DNA of 64,000 nt from NCBI GenBank assembly GCA_050953885.1, contig JBMNNJ010000001.1, positions 74,132-138,131 on the forward strand. Direction: 5' to 3'. Of the stretch, positions 55,417 to 64,000 are shown in pieces (position 1 is the first letter of the stretch; the number at the start of each line of letters is the position of its first letter). Source of the DNA: Patescibacteria group bacterium (GTDB taxonomy: Bacteria; Patescibacteriota; Microgenomatia; 0-14-0-10-38-17). Both the position numbers and the translations under genes were made by a program. Under the pieces are notes generated by a model. It was not told the origin of the DNA. It worked only from the letters and a program-made list of their open reading frames with translations, and did not search any database.

Positions 55417-56565
55417 ATGGAGAAAATTAAGAAAACTTTACTATTTTTTTGTCTTTTCCAGATAATTTTAGTTATAGCTTTTTTTCTTTCAGAAAAATTA
55501 CCGTCACAAAAAGAAACTTATCTGGGACGGGGCTTTGGTGAACAAACGAATAAACCTTTAGTTTGGTCGCGGGCTAATTTTGATGGTTTTCATTATCTTT
55601 CTATCGCCCGTGGTGGTTATGGTTACCTTCAGGAGGCTTTTTTTCCTCTTTTCCCGCTATTGATAAGATTTTTAGCGCCTTTTTTTAAAGGCTATTTAAA
55701 TGCCGGTTTTTTCTTAGTTAATTTTGCTTTTTTGGTAATGATTTACGCTTTTCAGCTTTTAATGGAGATAGGCAAAAAAAAGAATCTTGATCGCTTACTG
55801 CTTCTTTTTCTTTTTTTTCCCACCAGTTTTTATTTTGCCTGCCTTTATAACGAGAGTCTTTTTTTAGCTTTTGTTTTTCTTTCTTTTTTCCAGGCTAAAA
55901 AGGGCAAGTGGCTTTGGGCAGGCATTTTAGCCGCTCTTGCCTCGGCTACCCGTGTGGTGGGGATCTTTATGCTCCCCGCTCTTTTAGTAGAATTTTTAGA
56001 ACAAAACCATTGGTCTTTTAAATCTTTTTTGAAAAAAAAGCATTGGCCAAAATTAGCGGCAATTGGCGTTAGCGTTTTAGGGTTTTTAGCTTATGCGGCT
56101 TATCTTAAAATAAAAACCGGCGACTGGCTCCGCTTTGCCAGCGTTCAGGCGGGATTTGGGGCGCAAAGAACTACTAGCCGTTTAATTCTCTTGCCCCAAG
56201 TTTTTTGGCGCTATTTAAAAATGATTGTTACCGTTGACCCCCATCAATATCTTTATTTCAATGTTTGGCTGGAATTTTTGGTTGCCTTAATGTTTTTGCT
56301 TTTGCTTATTTTGGGCTGGGGGAAAAGAAAAAAATATCAGATTCCTGCCAGCTTTCTCACTTTTGCCAGCTTTGCTTATTTGCTTCCCACCCTAACCGGC
56401 ACTTTTTCTTCCCTACCACGCTATGTTTTAGCTTGCTTTCCCGCTTTTATGGTTTTGGAAAAATTGCTTTCTCAAAAACGGCTTTTTAGGATTTATTTTG
56501 TTTTTAGCATCTTGGGTTTTACTCTTTTGGCCGCCTTTTTTTTCCGCGGCTATTGGGTGGCGTAA
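55417..56565 (+). CDS. polytopic membrane protein, putative mannosyltransferase-like GT-C (PIG-V/DUF2029-like; tentative)
   Basis: WSRANFDGFHYLSIARGGYGYLQEAFFPLFP. Start at MEKIKK. Confidence 0.45.
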   Translation: MEKIKKTLLFFCLFQIILVIAFFLSEKLPSQKETYLGRGFGEQTNKPLVWSRANFDGFHYLSIARGGYGYLQEAFFPLFPLLIRFLAPFFKGYLNAGFFLVNFAFLVMIYAFQLLMEIGKKKNLDRLLLLFLFFPTSFYFACLYNESLFLAFVFLSFFQAKKGKWLWAGILAALASATRVVGIFMLPALLVEFLEQNHWSFKSFLKKKHWPKLAAIGVSVLGFLAYAAYLKIKTGDWLRFASVQAGFGAQRTTSRLILLPQVFWRYLKMIVTVDPHQYLYFNVWLEFLVALMFLLLLILGWGKRKKYQIPASFLTFASFAYLLPTLTGTFSSLPRYVLACFPAFMVLEKLLSQKRLFRIYFVFSILGFTLLAAFFFRGYWVA

Positions 56566-56728
56566 GAAATGATAAAATAAAGACGAATCATTGTCGCCTT
56601 ACAAAAAATTCATGGTTGATAATATCGTTTTTTTAAAACCTGAAATCTGCCTTATTAACAAAGCCCAAAAATTAAAAGCCAAAAGCACAAGTTAAAATTA
56701 AAAATTTTGGCTTTTAAATTTTTTTATT

Positions 56729-57505
56729 ATGACTCTTTCCGTTGCTTTAGCCACCTATAATGAGGAGAAAAATTTGCCTTCTTGCCTTGAAGCGGTGAAA
56801 GATTGGGTAGAGGAGATTGTTGTTGTTGACGGTTCCTCAACGGACAAAACGCGGGAAATTGCCCAAAAATATGGAGCGCGGGTGATTAAAACCACCAACA
56901 AACCGATTTTCCATATTAACAAGCAAATGGCCATTGACGCCTGCCGCGGCGACTGGATTCTTCAGTTAGACGCTGATGAAATTGTGGAACCGGCCTTGAA
57001 AAAAGAAATTTTGGCCGTAATTAAAAAGGGCAGTGACTTTGACGCTTTTTCCCTACCCCGTAAAAACTTTTTTTTGGGCCGTTGGCTTTCAAAAGGGGGG
57101 CAGTATCCCGACACGGTGATCAGATTTTTCAAAAAAGGTAAGGCCTTTTTGCCCTGCCAATCGGTTCATGAACAAATGATGGTTCCATCGGGAAAAATAG
57201 GCAATCTTTCCGGTCATCTTCTCCATTATCCCTATCCAAGTTTTAATGAATATTTGGTAAAATTTAACCGTTATACCGATTTAACCGCCGCAGAATATCT
57301 TAAAAACCCAAAAATAAAACCAAATTTTTGGTATTATTTAAAATCGGAAGCGCAAGGAACAGGGGCATTTTTAGCCCGCTACCTACGCCACAAAGGCTTT
57401 GTTGATGGCTTTGCGGGTTTTGTTTTCGCTCTTTTTTCAGGTCTTCATTATCCGGTGGCGTTTATTAAGTATTGGGAAAAAAGATATGAAAGAAAAAAAG
57501 ACTAA
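56729..57505 (+). CDS. GT2 glycosyltransferase (GGQYPD subfamily)
   Basis: LSVALATYNEE ... LQLDADE ... GGQYPDTVIRFF. Confidence 0.8.
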   Translation: MTLSVALATYNEEKNLPSCLEAVKDWVEEIVVVDGSSTDKTREIAQKYGARVIKTTNKPIFHINKQMAIDACRGDWILQLDADEIVEPALKKEILAVIKKGSDFDAFSLPRKNFFLGRWLSKGGQYPDTVIRFFKKGKAFLPCQSVHEQMMVPSGKIGNLSGHLLHYPYPSFNEYLVKFNRYTDLTAAEYLKNPKIKPNFWYYLKSEAQGTGAFLARYLRHKGFVDGFAGFVFALFSGLHYPVAFIKYWEKRYERKKD

Positions 57506-59225
57506 AAAAGCCGTCCCCTCTTGGTTTATCTTATTAATAATTTTAGCGGTGGCCGGTTTTTTCCGTTTTGTTGGTTTAGATCAAATACCACCGGGAATTA
57601 ATGTCGATGAAAGCGCGATTGGCTATAACGCTTACTCAATTAAAGAAGCAGGTATTGACGAATGGGGCAAGAAATATCCCACCGTTTTTTTATCCTATGG
57701 CGACAGTAAGCCGCCGGGGTTAATTTATGCAGTGGCGCTTTTGCTTAACTTTTTTCCTCCCTCGGTAATGGTGGTTCGTCTGCCATCGGCAATTGCCGGT
57801 TTTTTGGCTATTATAGGCATTTATTTTTTAGTCAAAGAATTTTTTCCAAAAGATAAGCTTTTGCCTCTTTTGGGAGCGGCAATTTTTGCCTTTTCCCCCG
57901 TGTTTTTCCAAGTTAGTCGCTTTTTTTACGAAAGTAACGTGGCCAATACTTTTTTTATTTTCGGCTTGCTTTTTCTTTTAAGGTCTATCAATGAAAAGAA
58001 AATTCCTAAAGGGAACAAAAATATTATTTTGGCAATTATTTTTTTGGGGTTATCCGGTTACTTTTATATTGCCCACCGCGTTATTTCTTTGGCGGTCTTC
58101 TTTTTAACAATCTTGTTTTTTCTTCTCAAAAAGAGCATTTCTTTTAAGAAAGGCTGCCTTTTAGCACTTCTTTATCTTCTTTTAACCCTGCCTATTTTTT
58201 GGCAATTTTTTACCGGTTCGGGGCTTAAAAGGTTAAGCCAAGAAGGGGAATTAGTTAATTTTGGCGCGGAGTTAACGATTAATGAAAGAAGGGGTCTTTG
58301 TTACTTATCAAGCAATAAAAATCCAATAATAACGAAGGCTTGTTATCTTTTTTGGAATAAGCCGCTCTCAAGAATTCAAAGCACGGCCGCTTCGTTTTTA
58401 AAACATTTTTCGATTGATTTTTTATTTGTTGAGGGGACTAATAGTGTTGATCGGTCAGTTTCCGGCTATGGGCCATTTCTATTTATCTTTATTCCTTTTT
58501 ATTTAGTTGGCCTTTTTATTTTAGTTTGGCAATCAATTAATGATCGTCGTAAACTGGCTCTTCTTGTCCTTGCCGGAGCGGTTATTGCTTCTCTCCCGAG
58601 CGTTGCTTCCTCCCAACCGACAGAACATCGCGCCCTGCCGTTTTTTATTTTCATTTTTCTTATTGTTCTTTTTGGGCTGAAATTTTTTTTCTCGCTTTTT
58701 GAAAAAAAGGGGAAATTTTTAGTTTTTCTTGCTTTAATTTTAATTTTTCTTTTTAGCACTACTCGTTATTTAACCGACTACTTTTTGATTCATACTAAGA
58801 ATAACGATTCTTTGTTTCGTCCCGATATCCCGGTGGTAATGGCTTATATTGCTGAAAGAGAACAAAATTACGACCGAGTCCTTTTTAATGATTATCGGGA
58901 GGATGCTCTTTTGGCTTTAGCCTTTTTAAATCAATTTGATCCTACTTATTTTGTTCAGAATGTCAAAAGAAGCGATCCAAATCAATATGGTTGGACTTTT
59001 CCAATTAAGCTGGGTAAATATGAACGAGGAAATTTTGATATTAACCAACTTTTAGCTGATTATGATTTTAAAGAGGACGGTCGGATCCTTCTTGTAACTA
59101 CTCCTCTTTCTCAAAAAAATTATTATCAAGCCGCTTCTTTAAGAATTTTCGATCGTCATCAGGTTCATTGTCTCACGGAAATTTATGACATTGGGGAGTT
59201 GAAGAAAACATTAGAAAAAGAGTAA
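57486..59225 (+). CDS. ArnT/PMT-like GT-C membrane glycosyltransferase
   Basis: FFRFVGLDQIPPGINVDESAIGYNAYSI. Start at MKEKKTKK. Confidence 0.65.
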   Translation: MKEKKTKKAVPSWFILLIILAVAGFFRFVGLDQIPPGINVDESAIGYNAYSIKEAGIDEWGKKYPTVFLSYGDSKPPGLIYAVALLLNFFPPSVMVVRLPSAIAGFLAIIGIYFLVKEFFPKDKLLPLLGAAIFAFSPVFFQVSRFFYESNVANTFFIFGLLFLLRSINEKKIPKGNKNIILAIIFLGLSGYFYIAHRVISLAVFFLTILFFLLKKSISFKKGCLLALLYLLLTLPIFWQFFTGSGLKRLSQEGELVNFGAELTINERRGLCYLSSNKNPIITKACYLFWNKPLSRIQSTAASFLKHFSIDFLFVEGTNSVDRSVSGYGPFLFIFIPFYLVGLFILVWQSINDRRKLALLVLAGAVIASLPSVASSQPTEHRALPFFIFIFLIVLFGLKFFFSLFEKKGKFLVFLALILIFLFSTTRYLTDYFLIHTKNNDSLFRPDIPVVMAYIAEREQNYDRVLFNDYREDALLALAFLNQFDPTYFVQNVKRSDPNQYGWTFPIKLGKYERGNFDINQLLADYDFKEDGRILLVTTPLSQKNYYQAASLRIFDRHQVHCLTEIYDIGELKKTLEKE

Positions 59226-59245
59226 GTTAGAAAACCTTTCTTAAA

Positions 59246-60349
59246 ATGGGAAAAATTAAAGTGGGGATTGATATTTCTCCTCTTAAAAATGCCAACCGTT
59301 TTCGAGGGGTAGGTTTTTATACAAAGAATTTAGTGGAATCGTTACAGAGTCTAATAAAAGAAAACAAAAAATACTCAAATTGGCAAATAAACTTAATTGA
59401 AAATTGGAAATTGGAAATTGGAAATTTTGATTTGTTTCATTACCCTTATTTTGATATTTTTTTTCCTACTCTTCCCAAAAAAAAGAATATCCCCACAGTG
59501 GTGACGGTTCATGACTTAACGCCCTTGGTTTTTCCCGAGCATTACCCGGCGGGAGTACGAGGGAAAATTAATTGGTTGCGGCAAAAAAGAAACCTAAAAA
59601 AAACCGAGGCAATTATCACCGATTCCCAAAAATCAAAGCAGGACATTGTTAAAATTGTCGGTTATCCTGAAAAGAGGGTTCATGTGGTCTACTTAGCCCC
59701 TTCTTTTGACCCTAAAAAATTTAAAACTGAAAATTTAAAATTGAAAATTAAACAAAAGTATCATCTTCCTGATAATTTTGTTTTGTATGTGGGTGATGTT
59801 AATTGGAATAAAAATCTCCCCGGTTTGGTGAAAGCTTGCCGAAAAATAGGTATTCCTTTGGTGATTGTGGGTAAGCAGGCGGTGAGCAAAGATTATGACC
59901 AAACCCATCCGGAAAATCAGGGCTTGGTTTGGTTGCAAAGGGAAGCAGAAAAATCTAAATTGCTAAAACGCGATCACTCTAAGTCTCTGCTTTTATTAGG
60001 CTTTGTTGAGGAAGAAGACTTGGCGGCTTTATATAATTTAGCCACTCTTTATTGCCAGCCTTCATTTTATGAAGGCTTTGGCATGCCGGTGGTGGAAGCC
60101 ATGGCCGGCGGTTGCCCGGTGGTTTGCTCTAATCAAGGATCGTTACCAGAAATTGGCGGCCAAGCAGTTGCTTATTTTGATCCTTATAAGAAAGGCAATT
60201 TGGAAAAAGTTTTAAAAAAGGTTTGGGAAGATAAAAATTTAAGGCAAGAACTTGCCCAAAAAGGCTTAGCCCAAGCCAAAAAATTTTCCTGGCCAAAATG
60301 CGCCCAAGAAACACTTAATGTTTATCAGAAGATTTTAGATAATTCATAA
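59246..60349 (+). CDS. GT4 (group 1) glycosyltransferase
   Basis: EGFGMPVVEAMAGGCPVVCSN. Confidence 0.82.
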   Translation: MGKIKVGIDISPLKNANRFRGVGFYTKNLVESLQSLIKENKKYSNWQINLIENWKLEIGNFDLFHYPYFDIFFPTLPKKKNIPTVVTVHDLTPLVFPEHYPAGVRGKINWLRQKRNLKKTEAIITDSQKSKQDIVKIVGYPEKRVHVVYLAPSFDPKKFKTENLKLKIKQKYHLPDNFVLYVGDVNWNKNLPGLVKACRKIGIPLVIVGKQAVSKDYDQTHPENQGLVWLQREAEKSKLLKRDHSKSLLLLGFVEEEDLAALYNLATLYCQPSFYEGFGMPVVEAMAGGCPVVCSNQGSLPEIGGQAVAYFDPYKKGNLEKVLKKVWEDKNLRQELAQKGLAQAKKFSWPKCAQETLNVYQKILDNS

Positions 60350-60371
60350 GGCTGTTGCCCCTATATTTTAA

Positions 60372-62117
60372 ATGAAAAAGGAAACATTTTTTTTAAAAAC
60401 CAAAAAAATTCTTCCTGTCATCTTAATTTTGCTTTTAGGAGCTTATTGTTCGAAAGGCCTTTTTACTTATCATTTTTTTAGCACTCATGACGGCGACCAT
60501 CATCTTGCTCGTAGTTATGATGCCGTAAAGACGCTTTCGGAAGGACATTTTCCGCTTCGTTGGGCGGGTAGTTTAAATTATTTCTGCGGGATTCCTATTT
60601 TTAATTTTTTCTACCCCCTTTTTTACTATTTAATTTTTCTGGTTAATCTTTTAGTTGGCGATATTATTTTCTCGCTAAAAATCGTTTATGTTTTAAGCTT
60701 TACGCTTGCTCCTTTGTTTTTTTATCTTTGGCTAAAGAGGGAGACTAAGAACCCCATCGCCTCACTTTTAGGGGCGATACTTTATCTTTTTGTTCCCTAT
60801 CGTTTCTTGCTTGTTTTTGTTCGCTCCAGTCCCGAATTTATGGCTTATACGATTTTACCGGTTTTTTTATATCTTTTAAGTATTTTCTTTGAAAAAATTA
60901 AGAAAAAAGAAAGAAACGCTGCTTACCTTTTTGGCTTTTTAACTTCTCTTTCGGGAGCGGCTTTAATTACCGCTCATCAATTAATAGCCTTTTTGCTCTT
61001 TCCGATTATTTTTTTATGGTTTGTAATAAAAACTTGGCAAACAAAAGTTTACAAGCAAAAAGTTAATTTTTTATGGCTTATTTTTTTAACGGCGGTATCT
61101 ATTGTTGGCTTGAGCGCTTTTTTTTGGGGACCGGTTTTTTTAGAAAAAGGGGAAGTTAAAATCGGAGAGTTGGAGGTTATTAGCTACTGGCAACATTTTC
61201 CTTCTTTAAAACAATTAATTCATTCCCCCTGGGGTTACTTTTATTCCGCTCCCGGTGTTGAAAATGATGGCATGTCTTTTTCCTTAGGTTATGCACAATG
61301 GGCGGTTTTGGGGTTGTCGGGAATTTGGTTGGTAATTAAGGCGGTAAAAACAGGACTTCTTAAAACAATGAGAGAAAATTTTGGAGTGCTATTTTTCTTT
61401 TTAATCTCTGTTTTCGCTCTTTTTCTGATGCTTGAACAATCTAGGTTTGTTTGGGAGCTATTTGTTTTATTGCAAGAAGTTCAGTTTCCTTGGCGTTTTT
61501 TGGGAGTAACCTCTTTTACTATTGCTGCCTTAGGGGGGTTTTGGTTAACACAGATTGGCAACAAAAAAATTGTTTATGCTTTGGCAATATTAATTTCTTT
61601 TTTGGCAATCTATGGTAATCGCAACCATCTTCTCCCCCAACCCTTAGCAGAACCAGAAAGATACGAAGATTTTGAGAGGCTACATCCCCATCGGTATAGC
61701 ACGACTACTCTTGGAGATGATATTCTTAATAGAGAAGCCGAAAAGGCATGTTATTTTGGTGACCCTTTTCTTTTAGTTAATAAAGAAAAAATTGAAAATA
61801 AACTTAATCGGGGCAATACTTTTGGAGAGGTTTACTTTAAATGGCCCCAGCAAGAAGCAAGTGCAACAATTAATCTTAATTTAGAATACTTTCCCGGGAT
61901 CTATAAAATTAAGATCAATGGAGAAGAAATAAAAAAAATCAGCAATTTTTCAGGAAGAATAGCTTTAGAAGAGATTTCTTTAAAAGAAGGGGAAAATGTT
62001 ATTAGCTGGCAAATCGTCCAGTCGCCAATTGAGCGGTTTTTTAATGGTGTTAGCTTGGGTTTTTTAGTCCTTTGGTTGATTTTAATACCAATCTATGAAA
62101 TTAAAAGGAAAGCTTAA
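60372..62117 (+). CDS. large polytopic membrane protein, GT-C-like (YfhO-like family; paralog of 40164 and 50729 C-terminal half)
   Basis: FFSTHDGDHHLARS ... FPLRWAG ... GIPIFNFFYPLFYY. Confidence 0.5.
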   Translation: MKKETFFLKTKKILPVILILLLGAYCSKGLFTYHFFSTHDGDHHLARSYDAVKTLSEGHFPLRWAGSLNYFCGIPIFNFFYPLFYYLIFLVNLLVGDIIFSLKIVYVLSFTLAPLFFYLWLKRETKNPIASLLGAILYLFVPYRFLLVFVRSSPEFMAYTILPVFLYLLSIFFEKIKKKERNAAYLFGFLTSLSGAALITAHQLIAFLLFPIIFLWFVIKTWQTKVYKQKVNFLWLIFLTAVSIVGLSAFFWGPVFLEKGEVKIGELEVISYWQHFPSLKQLIHSPWGYFYSAPGVENDGMSFSLGYAQWAVLGLSGIWLVIKAVKTGLLKTMRENFGVLFFFLISVFALFLMLEQSRFVWELFVLLQEVQFPWRFLGVTSFTIAALGGFWLTQIGNKKIVYALAILISFLAIYGNRNHLLPQPLAEPERYEDFERLHPHRYSTTTLGDDILNREAEKACYFGDPFLLVNKEKIENKLNRGNTFGEVYFKWPQQEASATINLNLEYFPGIYKIKINGEEIKKISNFSGRIALEEISLKEGENVISWQIVQSPIERFFNGVSLGFLVLWLILIPIYEIKRKA

Positions 62118-63459
62118 TTGGTCTTGCCTAACTTTGTTGGCAGTTTTGGTTATTTTTCTTTTTCTTCGTTTTTACCAACTGCCCCAACGAACCATTTTTA
62201 ATTGGGATCAGGAAAGGGATGCTTTTGAAGTGCAAAAAATTCTTTCTGGCGACCCAAGCCTTATCGGCCCGCGTGTTTTGGGGCCGCAAGGGTTTTTCTT
62301 AGGCCCTTATTTTTACTATCTTTTAGCGCCATTTTATTTCCTCACCGGCGGCCACCCCCAAGCGATTGTTTATTTCCTAATCGTCTTGAACCTTGTTTTT
62401 TTCTTGGCCGCCTATTTGATTGTTAAAAAAATCTGGGGAGAAAAAACCGCCCTAATCTTTCTTTTTCTTTGGACGATTAATCCGGCGGCAATAGAAACGG
62501 TGGCCTGGAATCCGACCCTAATCCCCTTAATGATTATTTTAATCTGGTTTACCCTTTCTCAAAAAAGTTATTTTTGGTTGGGCTTAAGCCTTTCTTTGGC
62601 GATTAATTTCCATTTTCAGGCAGTTTTTTTGGCGCCTTTTATTTTACTTTTTTTGTTTTGGCAAAGAGAGCTTTCGGGAAAAAATTTAGGCAAAGCGGCG
62701 TTGGGATTTTTTTTACCCTTTATTCCCTTGCTTCTTTTTGACTTACGACATAACTTCTTAAATTTTAAGCTTTTGGGGCAGTTTATAAAAGAGCGAGGCG
62801 AGGGGGGCAATTTTTTGGCTTGGCGGCCGGTGCTGGCTAATTTTTTAACTGGCTTTTGGGGGGAGGAAAAAATTTGGCTCCCCTTGACTTTAGCGCTTGT
62901 TCTTTTAACCCTGTGGCTTGTTAAAAAGCAAAAAAATTATTTTTCCAAAAACTTTCTTAAAAGTCTTCTTTTTCTTTACCCCATTGTTTTGTTGGGTTTT
63001 AGCATTTATGGCCAAAGACCGTCGGAATATTATTTTAATTTTCTTTTACCCTTTTTTATTTTAGTTTTGGCCTTATTTATCAGCTCTTTTGGCAAATTAA
63101 AACGGCTGTTTTTTTTGCTTCTTTTTATTCTTCTCTGGTTGCCAAAAACGATGGAAAAAACCGTTCCTGTTTCGGTTAGTTTGTTGGCGAAAGACAAAGC
63201 AATTGCTTATTTGGTAGAAAAAAACGGGAAAATACCGGCGGAAGTTCGCTATCAAACTCCTTTAGGCGAGGAAGCAGGTTTTTCCTATTTGCTAAATTAC
63301 TACGGCTTGGAAAAAGCGACCGAAGGAGAAAGAAAAATCTGGCTGGTAAGCATTCCGCCGGCAGAAGAAAGCCAAGCTTTTGGTGGAGTGGGAGTAAAAT
63401 TAATAGGAGAGGAAAAAAATTTGCTTATTAACAACGATTCTGAATCAAGTTCAGAATGA
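62095..63459 (+). CDS. polytopic membrane glycosyltransferase-like protein (paralog of 35962); stop codon supplied by a repeat element
   Basis: FNWDQERDAFEV ... IGPRVLGPQGFFLGPYFYY. Confidence 0.5.
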   Translation: MKLKGKLNWSCLTLLAVLVIFLFLRFYQLPQRTIFNWDQERDAFEVQKILSGDPSLIGPRVLGPQGFFLGPYFYYLLAPFYFLTGGHPQAIVYFLIVLNLVFFLAAYLIVKKIWGEKTALIFLFLWTINPAAIETVAWNPTLIPLMIILIWFTLSQKSYFWLGLSLSLAINFHFQAVFLAPFILLFLFWQRELSGKNLGKAALGFFLPFIPLLLFDLRHNFLNFKLLGQFIKERGEGGNFLAWRPVLANFLTGFWGEEKIWLPLTLALVLLTLWLVKKQKNYFSKNFLKSLLFLYPIVLLGFSIYGQRPSEYYFNFLLPFFILVLALFISSFGKLKRLFFLLLFILLWLPKTMEKTVPVSVSLLAKDKAIAYLVEKNGKIPAEVRYQTPLGEEAGFSYLLNYYGLEKATEGERKIWLVSIPPAEESQAFGGVGVKLIGEEKNLLINNDSESSSE

Positions 63460-63545
63460 CTGTAACCGCAGTCGTCATTCTAACGATCCGCTCGCTGGCG
63501 GACAGAATCTGTTTTGATTCTGAATCAAATTCAGAATAACGCTCT
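63425..63545. repeat. composite hairpin-module cluster
   Basis: gattctgaatcaagttcagaatgac; gtcgtcattctaacgatccgctcgctggcggacagaatc; gattctgaatcaaattcagaataacg. Confidence 0.75.
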
Positions 63546-63587
63546 GGCATATTTTATTTTTTTACGGGTTTCTTTGTATTTCTGTCT

Positions 63588-63861
63588 CAAGTATCAATTT
63601 AGCAATTTTGCTTTTAAGATAGCGCTTTTAAAAGTGTAATTCTGCAACTTGAGGGATTACTACCTGTTATTTTAAAACTTAAGAGGCTCAAATATGATAG
63701 ATTTAAATATGACAAATTTTTAAGCGATCGCCTAAAAATTTGTCATAGCGGGGTTGATGATAACGTTAACGTTAAGCCTTTAGTTCCAAACTTGGTAATT
63801 TATAGTTCCAAATTTGGCAATTTAGCAATTTTGTTTTTAAGATGACGCTTTTAAAAGACGA
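63588..63861. repeat. two copies of a ~44-bp segment (caatttagcaattttg.ttttaagat..cgcttttaaaag) flanking tandem 21-bp repeats; the second copy contains the start of the last gene
   Basis: Copy 1 has ATA in place of ATG followed by a stop. Confidence 0.6.
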
Positions 63862-64000
63862 GTTAGTCCATTTAAGTTTTTGCTTTTTTTCCGCCTTGTT
63901 TTTTTATTTCCTTTTTGGTTCTTTTTGGTTTTTCCCGCTTTGCCTTCTTTTGGGGTTTCTTATTGATGTTGATCACTTAGTTGATTATTTTTATTGCTTT
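63841..64000 (+). CDS. membrane protein, 5' part only (possibly YdjM-like membrane-bound metal-dependent hydrolase)
   Basis: MTLLKDELVHLSFCFF ... IDVDHLVDY; truncated by the window end. Confidence 0.35.

Noticed and set aside
63588-63861. Possible CRISPR array (repeated ~44-bp segment)
   Set aside because: There are only two copies and the spacer between them is not unique-spacer-like. One copy overlaps a gene start and there are no cas genes. It is better explained as a promoter/start duplication.

Overview
This 64 kb window comes from a low-GC, small-genome bacterium. The reduced housekeeping set, scarcity of Shine-Dalgarno sites, a truncated TsaB and the many ArnT/PMT-like membrane glycosyltransferases fit a CPR/Patescibacteria-like organism, but that is a weak inference. 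The first ~31 kb is mostly housekeeping: 3' part of lon, tRNA-Glu, greA, lysS, an HD hydrolase, serS, a MiaB-like methylthiotransferase with an extra C-terminal AlkD-like domain, secA, prfB, ftsE-ftsX followed by an EnvC-like M23 protein, tsaE with a short tsaB, a sugar-1-P nucleotidyltransferase plus rmlB/C/D, rtcB, trmD, a HIT protein and ugd. From ~32.7 to 63.5 kb there is one very large surface-glycosylation island. It holds at least 9 GT2 genes (two resemble polyprenol-phosphate-sugar synthases, one with a GtrA tail), 2 GT4 genes, about 11 large polytopic GT-C-like membrane proteins falling into 4-5 paralog families, a Wzx-like flippase, a SAM methyltransferase, and a PAP2 fusion that may be a polyprenol phosphatase/kinase. 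The most unusual feature is the non-coding space, which is full of several distinct families of short hairpin-forming repeats. There are GC-rich palindromes built on ccgccagctggcgg, modular hairpins such as gattctgaatcaagttcagaatgacg that show fully compensatory stem substitutions, elements bounded by GTAGGGGCG inverted repeats, cccgaggtttgaagc hairpins, periodic acgcgaat arrays, and AT-rich k-mer elements. At least one 75-bp copy sits in-frame inside a GT2 coding region. Other copies supply C-terminal tails or stop codons of genes and create spurious ORFs. No CRISPR array, integrase, transposase or defence gene is visible, so whatever mobilises the repeats (for example a REP-associated tyrosine transposase, RAYT) must lie elsewhere.
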